Program-made: the position numbers and the translations under genes
Origin: PVC group bacterium
Lineage (GTDB): Bacteria > Omnitrophota > Gorgyraeia > B26-G9
Reading direction: 5' to 3'
Length of the DNA: 64,000 nucleotides
Assembly (NCBI GenBank): GCA_024231215.1
Contig: JAAEQR010000142.1
Coordinates: forward strand, 228,593 to 292,592
The notes under the pieces: model-generated
Databases searched by the model: none
Told to the model about the DNA's origin: nothing
The model's input: the letters and a program-made list of their open reading frames with translations, nothing else
Shown here: in pieces, positions 38,358 through 49,740 of the stretch
Position numbering within the stretch: the first letter of the stretch is position 1
How the letters are laid out: each line of letters starts with the position of its first letter

Positions 38358-39416
38358 TTATCTAAACTTCCCAATCAGGTATTCAGCTATCTGCACAGCG
38401 TTTGCTGCAGCGCCTTTTCTTAAGTTATCGCTAACCACCCAAAGCCAGAGCCCGTTTTTCACAAACGGATCTTTGCGAATACGTCCGACAAATACCGCGT
38501 CACTACCGGAAGACTGTGCCGGCATCGGATACTTGGCTTTTTTAGTATCATCAATAACAACAATCCCCTTGGCTTTACTTAATATTTTTTTGACCTGAGC
38601 CGGAGTTATTGTTTTTTCAGTTTCCAGATAGACTGTCTCAGAATGAGAATTTAAAACCGGAACGCGCACGCAAGTTGCAGAAACTTTTATCTTTTTTGTA
38701 TTAAATATCTTATGTGTCTCATGCACCATCTTCCATTCTTCACTGGTATAATCATCTGCACCAAAGCCCCCGATTTGCGGGATCGCATTGAATACGATTT
38801 GAGACGCCATCGGATCACCTTCTACATTCTTCATGTTCTGTACCGGATTCTTATAAGCTCCAACTAAATCATTTTTCTTAAGCATATACTCAGATTCAGA
38901 CCATAATCTCTGCAAAGCACCTCTGCCGGCACCTGATACAGCCTGATAAGTCGAAACAATAATCCGCTTGATTCCGGCCTTTCTGAAAATCGGCGCAATT
39001 GCCGCTACCATCTGAATCGTCGAACAATTCGGATTAGCAATAATCCCTTTATGTTTTTTAGCGTCTTTACCATTTACTTCCGGCACAATCAACGGCACAT
39101 TTTTCTTCAGACGAAAATCAGCGCCATTATCAATAACTATTGCTCCGCGTTTAACTGCTTCCTGAGCATAGGTAACTGCCGCGCCTTTAGAACCTTCGGT
39201 ACCTGCAAACAAAGCAAAGTCCATATCATTAAAACCATCTGCAGAAATTTTATCTACCTGATAGGTTTTACCGTCAACTTTGATCTTTCTTGCACTGCGG
39301 GCAAGCACTTTCAATTTACCAATCGGGAATTTATGCTGACTTAAAACCCGGAGCATTTCCACTCCAACCGCACCAACCCCGACTACTGCTACATTGTATT
39401 TTTGTTTTTTCTTCAT
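38358..39416 (-). CDS. asd: Aspartate-semialdehyde dehydrogenase
   Basis: GVGAVG, IANPNCSTIQM, YQAVSGAG, CVRVPV, DNLRKGAAANAVQIAE. Confidence 0.97.
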   Translation of the reverse strand: MKKKQKYNVAVVGVGAVGVEMLRVLSQHKFPIGKLKVLARSARKIKVDGKTYQVDKISADGFNDMDFALFAGTEGSKGAAVTYAQEAVKRGAIVIDNGADFRLKKNVPLIVPEVNGKDAKKHKGIIANPNCSTIQMVAAIAPIFRKAGIKRIIVSTYQAVSGAGRGALQRLWSESEYMLKKNDLVGAYKNPVQNMKNVEGDPMASQIVFNAIPQIGGFGADDYTSEEWKMVHETHKIFNTKKIKVSATCVRVPVLNSHSETVYLETEKTITPAQVKKILSKAKGIVVIDDTKKAKYPMPAQSSGSDAVFVGRIRKDPFVKNGLWLWVVSDNLRKGAAANAVQIAEYLIGKFR

Positions 39417-39429
39417 AATTAGATCTTCC

Positions 39430-40494
39430 TTATGCTTTTAAATTTGCCACTACCATATCTCCCACTTCTGATGTGGAATATCCCATTGTCTTAGCACCAA
39501 GACTCTTTAAATCATTCTTTACAATTTTAATAACCGCATCTTCAACATTTTTTGCCGCAGCGTCTTCACCGAGTGTTTCCAGTAACATTGAAAGCGCACA
39601 AACTGCCGCTAATGGATTAATCACATTCATCCCTGTATATTTAGGCGCAGACCCACCGATCGGCTCAAACATAGAAACTCCCTCTGGATTAATATTTCCA
39701 CCCGCTGCAATACCCATACCCCCCTGGACCATTGCGCCCAAGTCAGTAATGATATCACCGAACATATTGTCTGTGACAATAACATCAAACCATTCCGGAT
39801 TTTTCACAAACCACATTGTAGTCGCATCAACATGTGCATAATCAGTTTTAATATCAGGATATTCTTTGGCAACTTCTTCAAACGTTCTCTGCCACAAATC
39901 CCAGGCATAAGTTAAAACATTTGTCTTACCGCAAAGCGTAAGAGTTTTCCTTTTATTACGTTTACGGGTATATTCAAATGCATACCGAATACAGCGTTCC
40001 ACACCTTTGCGGGTATTATATGAAATCTGAGTCGCAACTTCATCTTTTGTACCCTTATCTTTAAATTCTCCCATGCCTTTGTATAAACCTTCTGAGTTTT
40101 CACGAACTACAACAAAGTCTACATCCTCTTCGTTCTTATCTTTTAACGGACAGAAATCTTTATTATATAATTTCACCGGGCGCAGATTAATATACTGGTC
40201 CAAAGCAAATCGTGTTTTTAAAAGTATACCCTTCTCTAGAATTCCCGGTTTTACATCCGGATGTCCAATCGCGCCTAAGTAAATCGTATCAAACTTTCTC
40301 AAGCCTTCTACTTCTTCATCGGTTAAAACCGTACCTGTCTCTATATAACGATCTCCACCGTAATTAAACGTAGTCGTTTCATATTCAAACCCGTGTATTT
40401 TACTAACTTTCTCCAATACCTTCAGCCCTTCAACTACAACTTCCGGACCAGTTCCATCCCCAGGAATAACTGCGATATTATACATTAAATCCAC
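39430..40494 (-). CDS. leuB: 3-isopropylmalate dehydrogenase
   Basis: PGDGTGPEV, NLRP, VRENSEG, NMFGDIITD, FEPIGGSAP; downstream of leuCD. Confidence 0.92.
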   Translation of the reverse strand: MDLMYNIAVIPGDGTGPEVVVEGLKVLEKVSKIHGFEYETTTFNYGGDRYIETGTVLTDEEVEGLRKFDTIYLGAIGHPDVKPGILEKGILLKTRFALDQYINLRPVKLYNKDFCPLKDKNEEDVDFVVVRENSEGLYKGMGEFKDKGTKDEVATQISYNTRKGVERCIRYAFEYTRKRNKRKTLTLCGKTNVLTYAWDLWQRTFEEVAKEYPDIKTDYAHVDATTMWFVKNPEWFDVIVTDNMFGDIITDLGAMVQGGMGIAAGGNINPEGVSMFEPIGGSAPKYTGMNVINPLAAVCALSMLLETLGEDAAAKNVEDAVIKIVKNDLKSLGAKTMGYSTSEVGDMVVANLKA

Positions 40495-40509
40495 CTTTCT
40501 TTTTCGTTA

Positions 40510-41031
40510 TTATTTCTTCTTGCGCTTCGCCTTGTTCGCGGAACCCTTCGGGTTTTTAATCCAATTCAGTAATCCACCGTTATTTACAATCTCCTGCATA
40601 AAATCCGCAAACTTGTCTGTCTTATATTCTTTCTTACGGGTCAGGTTATAAATCACACCTTTATTCACATCAACTTCGATCTTATCACCTGTTTTCATAT
40701 CCCGCGCTGCTGCTTTACTGACTAAAATAGGCAGTCCAATATTAATTGCATTGCGGTAAAAAATACGTGCAAAGCTTTCGGCTATCACACAAGATATCCC
40801 GCAACCTTTGATTGCAATCGGCGCATGTTCTCTGGATGATCCGCACCCAAAATTTTTTCGAGCCACAATACAATCTCCCTTTGAGATCTTCTTTGAAAAC
40901 TTAGCATCAATATCTTCCATACAATGACTACCCAGCTCTTTGGCATCAAACGTGTTCAGATAACGCGCCGCAACAATCTCATCTGTATTGATATTATCAC
41001 CAAACTTCCAAGCATTACCTTTTAGTTTCAT
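40510..41031 (-). CDS. leuD: 3-isopropylmalate dehydratase small subunit
   Basis: [25 protein letters not shown]. Confidence 0.95.
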   Translation of the reverse strand: MKLKGNAWKFGDNINTDEIVAARYLNTFDAKELGSHCMEDIDAKFSKKISKGDCIVARKNFGCGSSREHAPIAIKGCGISCVIAESFARIFYRNAINIGLPILVSKAAARDMKTGDKIEVDVNKGVIYNLTRKKEYKTDKFADFMQEIVNNGGLLNWIKNPKGSANKAKRKKK

Positions 41032-41092
41032 CGATCTATTCCCTCTCTTTTATTTCTTCGTAATTCTTCTTTTCTTACTTATAGCTTAAAGC

Positions 41093-42373
41093 TTACAGCT
41101 TATTTGGATGTATTACTTTACCGGCAACCGCACTTGCCGCAGCAACCGCAGGATTACTTAAAATCACTTCACTCTCCGGATGCCCCATACGTCCAACAAA
41201 ATTTCGGTTTGTTGTAGCAATAGCCCGTTCTCCTTTAGCGAGAATACCCATATGTCCGCCCAGACAAGGCCCGCAAGTCGGAGTAGAAACTACAGCTTCT
41301 GCTTTTACAAAAATATCCAACAAACCTTCTTTCATTGCCTGTCTATATATTGCTTGTGTTGCCGGGAAAATAATACAACGTACTTCCGGATGAACTTTCC
41401 TGCCTTTAAGTATTTTCGCCGCAACCCGCAAATCAGAAATCCGGCCGTTAGTACAAGACCCGATAACCGACTGGTCAATCTTCATTGTTTTAAGTTTACT
41501 AACTGCCTTTGTATTACTCGGCAGATGCGGTAATGACACTTGCGGTTCTATTTTAGAAACATCAATTTCAATCGTTGTTTCATATTCAGCGTCCTTATCA
41601 CTTTTTAAATAATCAAAATTAGCCGGCAATTTACCTTTTGCCGCAAACTTATGAGATCTTACATACTCCATAGTAATTTCATCCGGCTCAATTAATCCAG
41701 CTTTACCACCTGCTTCAATCGCCATATTCGACATTGTAAACCGCTCATCAATCGGCAAACGCTTGATCACCGGCCCGGCAAATTCCATCGATTTGTATAA
41801 AGCACCGTCTACACCAATCTTTCCGATTGTATACAAAATCAAATCTTTCCCGGTAACCCATTTATTTTTTTTACCTTTATAGATAAACCTCATTGTTTCC
41901 GGTACACGAAACCAGGCATGACCGGTAGCCCAGCAAGCCGCCAGGTCAGTTGAACCCATACCAGTTGCAAAAGCACCTAATGCCCCATATGTGCACGTAT
42001 GAGAATCTGCTCCGATAATCAGCTCTCCCGGACGCACTATTCCAAGTTCCGGTAAAAGTGCATGTTCAATACCCATTCTGCCAACTTCATAATAATGAAC
42101 TATTTTCTGCTCCCGGGCAAATTCTCTTAAAGCTTTTGCCTGTTCGGCGCTTTTAATATCTTTAGCCGGGGTAAAATGATCCGGCACAAGCACAATTTTT
42201 TTACGATCGTAAACTTTTTTAACCCCAATCTTTTTAAATTGGTCAATCGCAATCGGCGCAGTAATATCATTCCCCAGTGCTACATCTACCTTGGCGTAGA
42301 CAAAATCACCGGCTTTTACTTTCTTTCCTTTAATATGCTTATTAAATATTTTCTCTGCAATCGTATAGCCCAT
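41093..42373 (-). CDS. leuC: 3-isopropylmalate dehydratase large subunit
   Basis: GADSHTCT, IGSCTNGR, CGPCLG, TNRNFVGRMG. Confidence 0.95.
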   Translation of the reverse strand: MGYTIAEKIFNKHIKGKKVKAGDFVYAKVDVALGNDITAPIAIDQFKKIGVKKVYDRKKIVLVPDHFTPAKDIKSAEQAKALREFAREQKIVHYYEVGRMGIEHALLPELGIVRPGELIIGADSHTCTYGALGAFATGMGSTDLAACWATGHAWFRVPETMRFIYKGKKNKWVTGKDLILYTIGKIGVDGALYKSMEFAGPVIKRLPIDERFTMSNMAIEAGGKAGLIEPDEITMEYVRSHKFAAKGKLPANFDYLKSDKDAEYETTIEIDVSKIEPQVSLPHLPSNTKAVSKLKTMKIDQSVIGSCTNGRISDLRVAAKILKGRKVHPEVRCIIFPATQAIYRQAMKEGLLDIFVKAEAVVSTPTCGPCLGGHMGILAKGERAIATTNRNFVGRMGHPESEVILSNPAVAAASAVAGKVIHPNKL

Positions 42374-42384
42374 TATTTCACTCC

Positions 42385-42834
42385 TTATAAATTTCGTATC
42401 ATCGCCTCTTCAGAACAATCCGGAAATTTAACACACTCCACACACTCTGTCCATATTTTATGAGGAAGTGTTGCTTTGTCCGTAATTTTAAAACCTAGTT
42501 TTTCAAAAAATTTTGTTTGATACGTAAGTAAAAAAACTTTTTTTATTTTCAACTGTTCAGCTTCTTCCAAACAATAAGCAACCAATTTTTTTCCAATCCC
42601 TTGCCCCTGACTAGAATCAACAACTGTAAGCGATCTTATTTCAGCTAAGTCTTCCCAGGTTACGTGTAGCGCACAACAGCCATAAAGTTCTCCGTCTTGT
42701 TCATGCACAGCAAAATCACGAATGTTCTCATAAATGCTGTTTAAAGATCTCGGCAAAACCTGGCCTTTATCCGCAAAAGCATTTACCAGTTTCTGGATAC
42801 GAACCACATCGTTAATTTCAGCTTTTCTGATCAT
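42385..42834 (-). CDS. GNAT N-acetyltransferase, short ArgA-type (N-acetylglutamate synthase-like)
   Basis: MIRKA, LAEIRSL, QGQGIG, LPHKIWTECVECVKFPDCSE; real start ATG 42834 (ORF track 42915). Confidence 0.85.
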   Translation of the reverse strand: MIRKAEINDVVRIQKLVNAFADKGQVLPRSLNSIYENIRDFAVHEQDGELYGCCALHVTWEDLAEIRSLTVVDSSQGQGIGKKLVAYCLEEAEQLKIKKVFLLTYQTKFFEKLGFKITDKATLPHKIWTECVECVKFPDCSEEAMIRNL

Positions 42835-42851
42835 CGCTATATACCTTTTCT

Positions 42852-43259
42852 TTATATGACTATCTCTACCGCACGGTACGGACACAAAGTTACACATAAT
42901 CCACAAGCGATACATTTATTCTTATTAAATTCAATCTGCATAGTATCCCTATTTACAACAAATACCCCAGTAGGACAAACTGTTACACACTTTGTACAAT
43001 GCGTACATTTCTGCTCATCCCATTTAATATCCTGAATTAAGGGTTCAATCTCTATTCCAACCTTTTTTAAATAAGCCAGCCCATTTTCCAAGTTCTGCTT
43101 TTGCCCCTCGATCTCTAAGACCAATACACCAAGCTCATTCGGAGTGATATTAGCTTTCAGGATATTCACAATTAAATCGTACTCTTTAATTAAAGAATAC
43201 GTTATCGGTTTATCCAAGAGATCATGCGGAAATGTTAAAACAATTCTCTTTTTACCCAT
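42852..43259 (-). CDS. NIL-domain / 2x[4Fe-4S] ferredoxin (MA1822-like partner of aspartate-semialdehyde sulfurtransferase)
   Basis: VNILKA NIL motif, CTHCTKCVTVCP and CIACGLCVTLCP. Confidence 0.85.
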   Translation of the reverse strand: MGKKRIVLTFPHDLLDKPITYSLIKEYDLIVNILKANITPNELGVLVLEIEGQKQNLENGLAYLKKVGIEIEPLIQDIKWDEQKCTHCTKCVTVCPTGVFVVNRDTMQIEFNKNKCIACGLCVTLCPYRAVEIVI

Positions 43260-43263
43260 AACG

Positions 43264-43809
43264 TCATTCCTCCTTCACAAGTACTGTTTCCACGGCATCC
43301 AGTAAATCCAATGCAATAGAATCAGGCTTTACCTCAAAATTATCTACAGCTTCTCTATTTTTAGTATTACCGGAAAGAACTAAAATAGTTCTATAACCCA
43401 ATTTTTTCCCGGCTACAATATCCCGCTCACTATCCCCGATAACAATCACTTTCTCTTTATCAATCTTTCTGCCGGCAATAGCCTGCTCATATAGTCCTGT
43501 TTTCGGTTTGCGACAGTTGCAATTATCTTCGTCCCGATGCAGGCAATAATATACTGCTTTTATCTGCCCGCCTGCTTCCTCTATCTTTGTCAGCATATTC
43601 CGAGTAATTCTATCTAATTCTGCCTTTGTGTAAATCCCTTTAGCTACTCCTGCCTGATTAGAGACTATATTTATTTCAAGTCCAGACTCTGAAAGACGAC
43701 GAATAGCCTCCAAAGATCGAGGCAAAAACTCAAAACCTTCCCAGGAAGAAACATACTGCCCTTTAACATTTTTATTGATTACTCCGTCTCTATCTAAGAG
43801 AATTATCAT
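43264..43809 (-). CDS. gmhB: D-glycero-D-manno-heptose 1,7-bisphosphate phosphatase (HAD-IIIA)
   Basis: LDRDGVIN, SNQAG, CxH...CNCRKPKTG, IGDSERD. Confidence 0.88.
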   Translation of the reverse strand: MIILLDRDGVINKNVKGQYVSSWEGFEFLPRSLEAIRRLSESGLEINIVSNQAGVAKGIYTKAELDRITRNMLTKIEEAGGQIKAVYYCLHRDEDNCNCRKPKTGLYEQAIAGRKIDKEKVIVIGDSERDIVAGKKLGYRTILVLSGNTKNREAVDNFEVKPDSIALDLLDAVETVLVKEE

Positions 43810-43847
43810 AGCTTTCCTTATATAAATATTTAAGCAGTTATTATATA

Positions 43848-45401
43848 TTAAGGGCCTTCATTTGTCAAACCAGCCGCCTCAGAGCTCCCCCGATAGAACA
43901 AAAGACCAAACACCCCTACCAAAAAAGAATAATACATAATAAGATTATGGATAGAAATATCAGGAATATTATAATATGCTCCGGGGATAAGTAAAAACCC
44001 GGAATTCAGTTTATAAAGCATTGTAATGAAGAATTCACAGCTTAAAGCTAAAGATCCCGCCAGTATCGAAATCAACCCTCCTAAGAAAATGAACAAAAAA
44101 CTGCTAGCCACAATAACAAATAACAGCGGTACAATAAACAAATTAGCCAATATTGCAATCGGAGTAATAATATTAAAATAATACGCAATTATTCCCAATG
44201 TCCCCAACCACGCGGATATTGACACACTAATGCTTCCAATTAAATATTTTCCGCATTTATTCTCCAGAATCTGCTTTGGGAAAATCCCCATGATCTTTGG
44301 GCTGAATATAAAAATAGCTAGCACACTTATAAACGATAATTGAAAACCAAGATCAAATATCTGCTGCGGCGCAAACCACAGGATTATCAATGCAGCTAAA
44401 CTTAAAGCACTGTACGGATCATAGTCACGCCCAATAAGAACACTTATTAAAAACGTAACCGCCATTAGTGTCGCCCGGACAACTGAAGTGCGGCCGCCGG
44501 TAAGCATACAATAAAAAATTAGAATAATAATCGAAAGTAAATACCTGGCCTTAAATGGAATCTGCATCATTTTTAAAATCAATATTACAATCAAAGCCAC
44601 AATTCCCACATGCAGTCCGGAAACTGCCAGAATATGTACTGTTCCCGTACGCTTTAAAGCTTCGTTGAAAAATTTCGGAGCATCCCCGCGCTGACCTAAA
44701 ATCATCGCCTTCATCACTCCGCTTGCCGGCCCGGACATATGAGTATCTATAAAACCCTCTGCTTTATTCTGGATATAAAATGCCAGGCGCTTTACGGGAT
44801 TGCCCAAGTTATGTCCTGTATATTCTATTTTTCCTTTTTTACTAACACTTAAAATCGAAAATATCCTCTGCTTTTTCAGATAAGCGCGATAATTAAATCC
44901 GTCTTCCCCAGGAAAGCTAAACGGCCGATACAACTTTCCCATTAAAACAACCTCCTGCCCGTATATGATTTCCGAGTCCTGATAAAGATTTACCAAAACC
45001 TTACCTTGGACACGGGCAGAGGTAAGCCCGGCCCCTACATCTTTTCTGATTAATTCATTACACTGAAAAACAAAAACCCCTTTATTCTTCTTCTGAATTG
45101 GTTCAGAAACAACTACACCCTTAACCTGAACATACTTCCCTTTATATGGAGTTAAATTATTGATGTGATTTTTAGGCAGAATCTGAGCATTAATAAAATG
45201 ACAATACCCCAAATAGAAACAACTTAAGGCAAGAAAAACAACGAACAATTTTCTCTGACGCATAGTAAGCAACGCACTCAGGCAGGAAAAAAACAAACAT
45301 ACATAGCAAAATAAAAGACTAATTCCGACCAACGATGCGGCAAGAATCCCGAAGATAAAAGATATGCAGATTAATATAAGCGGACGATTGAATACAAACA
45401 T
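43848..45401 (-). CDS. comEC: ComEC/Rec2 DNA uptake channel (DUF4131 plus Competence domain, no beta-lactamase domain)
   Basis: FNYRAYL, HILAVSGLHVG, SVVRATLM, GFQLSF, ILANL. Confidence 0.92.
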   Translation of the reverse strand: MFVFNRPLILICISFIFGILAASLVGISLLFCYVCLFFSCLSALLTMRQRKLFVVFLALSCFYLGYCHFINAQILPKNHINNLTPYKGKYVQVKGVVVSEPIQKKNKGVFVFQCNELIRKDVGAGLTSARVQGKVLVNLYQDSEIIYGQEVVLMGKLYRPFSFPGEDGFNYRAYLKKQRIFSILSVSKKGKIEYTGHNLGNPVKRLAFYIQNKAEGFIDTHMSGPASGVMKAMILGQRGDAPKFFNEALKRTGTVHILAVSGLHVGIVALIVILILKMMQIPFKARYLLSIIILIFYCMLTGGRTSVVRATLMAVTFLISVLIGRDYDPYSALSLAALIILWFAPQQIFDLGFQLSFISVLAIFIFSPKIMGIFPKQILENKCGKYLIGSISVSISAWLGTLGIIAYYFNIITPIAILANLFIVPLLFVIVASSFLFIFLGGLISILAGSLALSCEFFITMLYKLNSGFLLIPGAYYNIPDISIHNLIMYYSFLVGVFGLLFYRGSSEAAGLTNEGP

Positions 45402-45407
45402 TCTTTG

Positions 45408-46568
45408 TTAAAACTTCGTCTCCAGCTGTATAACTATTTCATTGTTTTTCACATCACTACCACCGGTCTTCTCAGCATTTATCGAATATTCTGTCTTTAG
45501 CTTTATATTTTCAGCCACATTCGTAATTAAAGCAATCGTTAACTCTTCTCTATCCCATGTCGTCGGCAACGCAACCACTCGTGATGTATTTACATTATAA
45601 GCCCCATATCGAACTAATAATTCATGGCTTTTGCAATGTTTCCAATCAAGCGGCAGATCAAATTTGTATGAGGGCTGTAAAATCCATGCATTCCTTTTTA
45701 ATTTTCCATCCACAGAAGCAATGTACTGGCTAATAAACGTAAACTCTTTTAAAAAATACGTTAAATTCACCCCATTGCGCTGCTGCTTATCATCATTGGA
45801 TGTATACCCGTTTACATTAGCCTGAAGAAAAGTAATATCCGCTAAACTTAATTTATCTAAATATGAAAATCCTAAAACATCAATAGATCCTATCTGTTCT
45901 AAATCCTGCTTTACTCCTAAGCCAAGACCCAGCTCTCTAATTCCTACATAGTTATCACTTTTCATATTGTCATGAATGATTTTATATGAGCTGTCTTCTC
46001 CTACTTGTTTAGTGTTCAGCTCTTGTCCATGGGTTAAAGAAGCGATCCCATAAAAAGAATCCTGTTCTGTTTTCCACATGATCCCCATAGATCCATCCCG
46101 CCAAAAACCATTACCCGCTAAACAATGTTTTTCTGTTTTGCGGTCTATTTCAATAAATCTATAAAAATATCCAGTTCTTAGACGGGAATTTAACGGCAGA
46201 TTAATAAAGTCTAAATAGGCCTCTGCAACTGATGCCCCATCTGTAGTGAATTCAATATTGCCATAGAAATTTATATTTTCTTCCAGATAAACTGTCGGCG
46301 CCAGCGCAAACTTATCAACCTGGAAATGCGCTTTCGTCTCGTCAATCGAAGCATCTGATTGAGTATCCACAAATTCCAGCTCTAATTCTCCTGATAATTT
46401 CCACAACAGCCCTTTCTTAGTTAGGGATCCGCCTTTGCCTATCTGCTCTTCAAGCTTCAAAACTCTTTCTTTTAAGTCTTTCAATTCATCCGCCTGCACT
46501 CCAGCAGCAACTCCTCCCATAACATAAATAAATCCCACAAATAAAATAATTATCTTTGTTTTTCTCAC
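45408..46568 (-). CDS. Putative outer-membrane beta-barrel porin (OprO/P-like architecture)
   Basis: Signal peptide, short coiled coil (DELKDLKERVLKLEEQ), alternating amphipathic strands, C-terminal VIQLETKF. Confidence 0.65.
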   Translation of the reverse strand: MRKTKIIILFVGFIYVMGGVAAGVQADELKDLKERVLKLEEQIGKGGSLTKKGLLWKLSGELELEFVDTQSDASIDETKAHFQVDKFALAPTVYLEENINFYGNIEFTTDGASVAEAYLDFINLPLNSRLRTGYFYRFIEIDRKTEKHCLAGNGFWRDGSMGIMWKTEQDSFYGIASLTHGQELNTKQVGEDSSYKIIHDNMKSDNYVGIRELGLGLGVKQDLEQIGSIDVLGFSYLDKLSLADITFLQANVNGYTSNDDKQQRNGVNLTYFLKEFTFISQYIASVDGKLKRNAWILQPSYKFDLPLDWKHCKSHELLVRYGAYNVNTSRVVALPTTWDREELTIALITNVAENIKLKTEYSINAEKTGGSDVKNNEIVIQLETKF

Positions 46569-46624
46569 TTTTTTGCCCCTTTCTTTTTTCTTTATTTATC
46601 TCCATTTTTACATCTTAACTCAAC

Positions 46625-46999
46625 TTACTCCCTGACACTATTTCCACATACTATCCGATCTTTTATTCTTTGAAATTTTTTAGGCCCGATTCCTTTTACA
46701 TTTATTAAATCTTGTTTTGTTTTAAACTGGCCGTTTTTTTCGCGGTAGGCTACAATACGCTGGGCAATGACCGGACCAATGCCGGAAAGCTGACAAAGCA
46801 TCTCTGCATCCGCAGAGTTAATAGAAATCATTTCCTGTTTTTGAGAAATGGTTTCTTGTTCAGATGAAGGCTCAACAGAAAGAAGTAATGGAGCAGCCTG
46901 CGGCATATTCTTCCTCATCCAGGATAAGCCCAGTCCCAGGATTAAAACAGCTAAAATAAAAACAATAACCTTTCTCTCCCCTAAAGAAAAGTCCTGCAT
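46625..46999 (-). CDS. comEA: ComEA helix-hairpin-helix DNA receptor
   Basis: TM, then ISINSADAEMLCQLSGIGPVIAQRIVAYR...VKGIGPK. Confidence 0.92.
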   Translation of the reverse strand: MQDFSLGERKVIVFILAVLILGLGLSWMRKNMPQAAPLLLSVEPSSEQETISQKQEMISINSADAEMLCQLSGIGPVIAQRIVAYREKNGQFKTKQDLINVKGIGPKKFQRIKDRIVCGNSVRE

Positions 47000-47020
47000 A
47001 TATTATCCCCCAAAATAACC

Positions 47021-47147
47021 AGCACAAAAATTCTCTTTGAGTGGCGCTTTGAACCGTCATTTTTACAAGGATGTAAAAATAGGCGAGACGCGCGGCCGCA
47101 AGGCACGACGCCGCAGCGGGCTTAGCTCAAAGACGTATTTTTGTGCT
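47021..47147. repeat. 127 bp nested palindromic element (REP/MITE-like)
   Basis: AGCACAAAAAT/ATTTTTGTGCT and TCTTTGAG/CTCAAAGA arms; internal hairpin ATTTTTACA-AGGA-TGTAAAAAT; GC-rich core. Confidence 0.6.
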
Positions 47148-47160
47148 ACTGACAATTTAA

Positions 47161-49632
47161 CTACATTATAAGATTTACTAGTTTTTTCGGTATAACAATA
47201 AACTTTTTAACCGGCTTATCCTGAACCCAGTTTTTAATCTTTTCATCAGCCAATACTTTTTCTTTTAAAGCATCTTCGGCAATATCCGCCGGTACAATGA
47301 TTTTCGATCTAACCTTGCTATTGACCTGTACCACAATTGTTAATTCATCCTGTTCTAGATATTTTGAATCATATATCGGCCAAGCAGCTTTAAGAATAGT
47401 CCCTTTATTCCCCATCACCTGCCATAATTCTTCACACATATGCGGTGTGATCGGAGAAATCATAATCACCAGCGCTGTTACAGCCTGTTCTAAAACTTCG
47501 TTCATTGCATTTTTTTCCTGCGCAGTACGCAAAGCAGGACTTATTTCATTAACCAGCTCCATCATTGTACTGATTGCCGTATTAAATTTAAAACCTCCGG
47601 ACATTTCCTCCGTTACTTTTTTAATTGCAGTATGAAGTTTGAATAAAAGTTTCTTTTCAAAGCCTAATTCTTTTATTTCCATACCAGATGTTTTTAATTC
47701 ATGAAAGCTCAAAACTAATGTCCAAACCCGGTTCAGAAAACGCCAGGCTCCATCCATATCTTTATTCTGCCAGTCTATTTCCGCCTCCGGAGGAGCGGCA
47801 AATAAAATACGTAATCTTAATGAATCTGCACCGTATTTCTGAATAATCTCATCCGGATCTACGATATTGCCTTTAGACTTAGACATTACTTCGCCGTCTT
47901 TTAGTACCATCCCCTGAGTAAGAAGTTTTTGGAAAGGCTCTTTCATATCGACAAGTCCAATACTATTTAGAAATTTAGTGAAAAATCTCGAATAAAGAAG
48001 ATGTAATACAGCATGTTCAATCCCGCCGATATATTGATCAACCGTCATCCAGTAATTAACTTCTTCCTGATCAAAAACACCTTTATCATAACGCGGGCTG
48101 CAAAATCTCAAAAAATACCAGGAGGAGTCAATAAAAGTAGCCATAGTATCTGTCTCACGACGTGCGGGCTGAGCACAGACAGGACAAGCAACTTCCACAA
48201 ACTCTTTTACTTTAGCTAAAGGGCTTCCCCCTTCTCCGGTAATATCAATTTTTTCCGGCAATTTAACCGGCAAGTCTTTTTCCGGAACCGGCACAACCCC
48301 GCATTTATCACAATAGATCATCGGGATAGGAGTACCCCAATAACGCTGACGAGAGATCAGCCAGTCTTTTAAACGAAAAAATACCTGACGCTGTCCAATT
48401 TTCTCTTGTTCCATCCAATCAGCAATCTTTTCTTTAGCTTCTGTATTTGTCAGCCCATCAAACTGAGCTGAATTGACCTGAACGCCGTCTTCTTCATAAG
48501 CCTCGTTAAGCTCATCGGCATTAGTAATCCCAGCGTCAGAATTTTTAATAACAACACGCATTGGCAAGTTATGTTCTTTGGCAAATAAAAAATCTCGTTG
48601 ATCATGCGTTGGCACCGCCATGATTGCACCTGTACCATAATCCATTAATACATAATCCGCAGTCCAAATCGGAATCTTTTCATTATTTACCGGATTAATC
48701 GCATAAGTCCCGGTAAAAACACCTTCTTTTTTAACATCAGCCGAGACACGGACGATTTTACTTTTTCTAGATACCTGTTCGATGAATTTTAAAACCTGTG
48801 CTTCTTCAGGTTTGCCTTTAATCATTTCTTTTAACTGCGGGTATTCCGGAGCAACAACCATATAGGTTGCTCCAAAAATCGTATCCTGGCGGGTAGTAAA
48901 AACCGGAAGATTTTTTTCTGTCTCTGCCTCTTTAAAATATATCTCTACACCAAAACTCTTTCCGATCCAGTTCTTCTGCATAGTTCTGACACGTTCCGGC
49001 CAGTATTTCAAGGTCTCTAAGTCTTCTAAAAGTACATCTTTAAATTCTGTGATTTTTAGATACCACTGTTCCAATTCTTTCTGGATAACCTCAGTCTGAC
49101 AACGCCAGCATTCTCCGTTGACGACTTCCTCATTAGCCAAGGTTGTCTGACAAGACGGACACCAATTCACCGGACAGCCTTTTTTATAAGCCAGGCCTTG
49201 TTCCATCATTTTGATGAAGATCCACTGATTCCAGCGATAATATTCGTCTCTATGAGTAGATAGTTCCCTGTCCCAGTCATAAGAAAAGCCCATATGCTTT
49301 AATTCTTTTACCATCCAGCCAATACATTTTTCCGTCCATTCTTTAGGATCGGTGTCATGTTTTATCGCCGCGTTTTCTGCCGGCTGGCCAAAAGCATCAA
49401 AACCTATAGGATGTAATACATTGAATCCCGCGGACATTCGATAACGCGCAACCACATCACCGATCGTATAATTACGCACATGACCCATATGTATCCGACC
49501 CGATGGATAAGGAAACATCTCCAAGACATAATATTTCTCTTTATCCTTATCTATGGATGATTTGAAAGTATGATTTTCAGTCCAGTAAGACTGCCATTTC
49601 TTTTCAATCTCTAAAAAATTATACTCACTCAT
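47161..49632 (-). CDS. leuS: Leucine--tRNA ligase
   Basis: [43 protein letters not shown]. Confidence 0.98.
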   Translation of the reverse strand: MSEYNFLEIEKKWQSYWTENHTFKSSIDKDKEKYYVLEMFPYPSGRIHMGHVRNYTIGDVVARYRMSAGFNVLHPIGFDAFGQPAENAAIKHDTDPKEWTEKCIGWMVKELKHMGFSYDWDRELSTHRDEYYRWNQWIFIKMMEQGLAYKKGCPVNWCPSCQTTLANEEVVNGECWRCQTEVIQKELEQWYLKITEFKDVLLEDLETLKYWPERVRTMQKNWIGKSFGVEIYFKEAETEKNLPVFTTRQDTIFGATYMVVAPEYPQLKEMIKGKPEEAQVLKFIEQVSRKSKIVRVSADVKKEGVFTGTYAINPVNNEKIPIWTADYVLMDYGTGAIMAVPTHDQRDFLFAKEHNLPMRVVIKNSDAGITNADELNEAYEEDGVQVNSAQFDGLTNTEAKEKIADWMEQEKIGQRQVFFRLKDWLISRQRYWGTPIPMIYCDKCGVVPVPEKDLPVKLPEKIDITGEGGSPLAKVKEFVEVACPVCAQPARRETDTMATFIDSSWYFLRFCSPRYDKGVFDQEEVNYWMTVDQYIGGIEHAVLHLLYSRFFTKFLNSIGLVDMKEPFQKLLTQGMVLKDGEVMSKSKGNIVDPDEIIQKYGADSLRLRILFAAPPEAEIDWQNKDMDGAWRFLNRVWTLVLSFHELKTSGMEIKELGFEKKLLFKLHTAIKKVTEEMSGGFKFNTAISTMMELVNEISPALRTAQEKNAMNEVLEQAVTALVIMISPITPHMCEELWQVMGNKGTILKAAWPIYDSKYLEQDELTIVVQVNSKVRSKIIVPADIAEDALKEKVLADEKIKNWVQDKPVKKFIVIPKKLVNLIM

Positions 49633-49740
49633 AGGAAATCATCGCTCCAGTCTCTATTATTTATATTTTCTTAAATTCTTCTTTTCCGGGTTATTCTAAC
49701 ACAGGCAGGATATTAAGGGCAAGTTGAAACTAGGAAAAGG

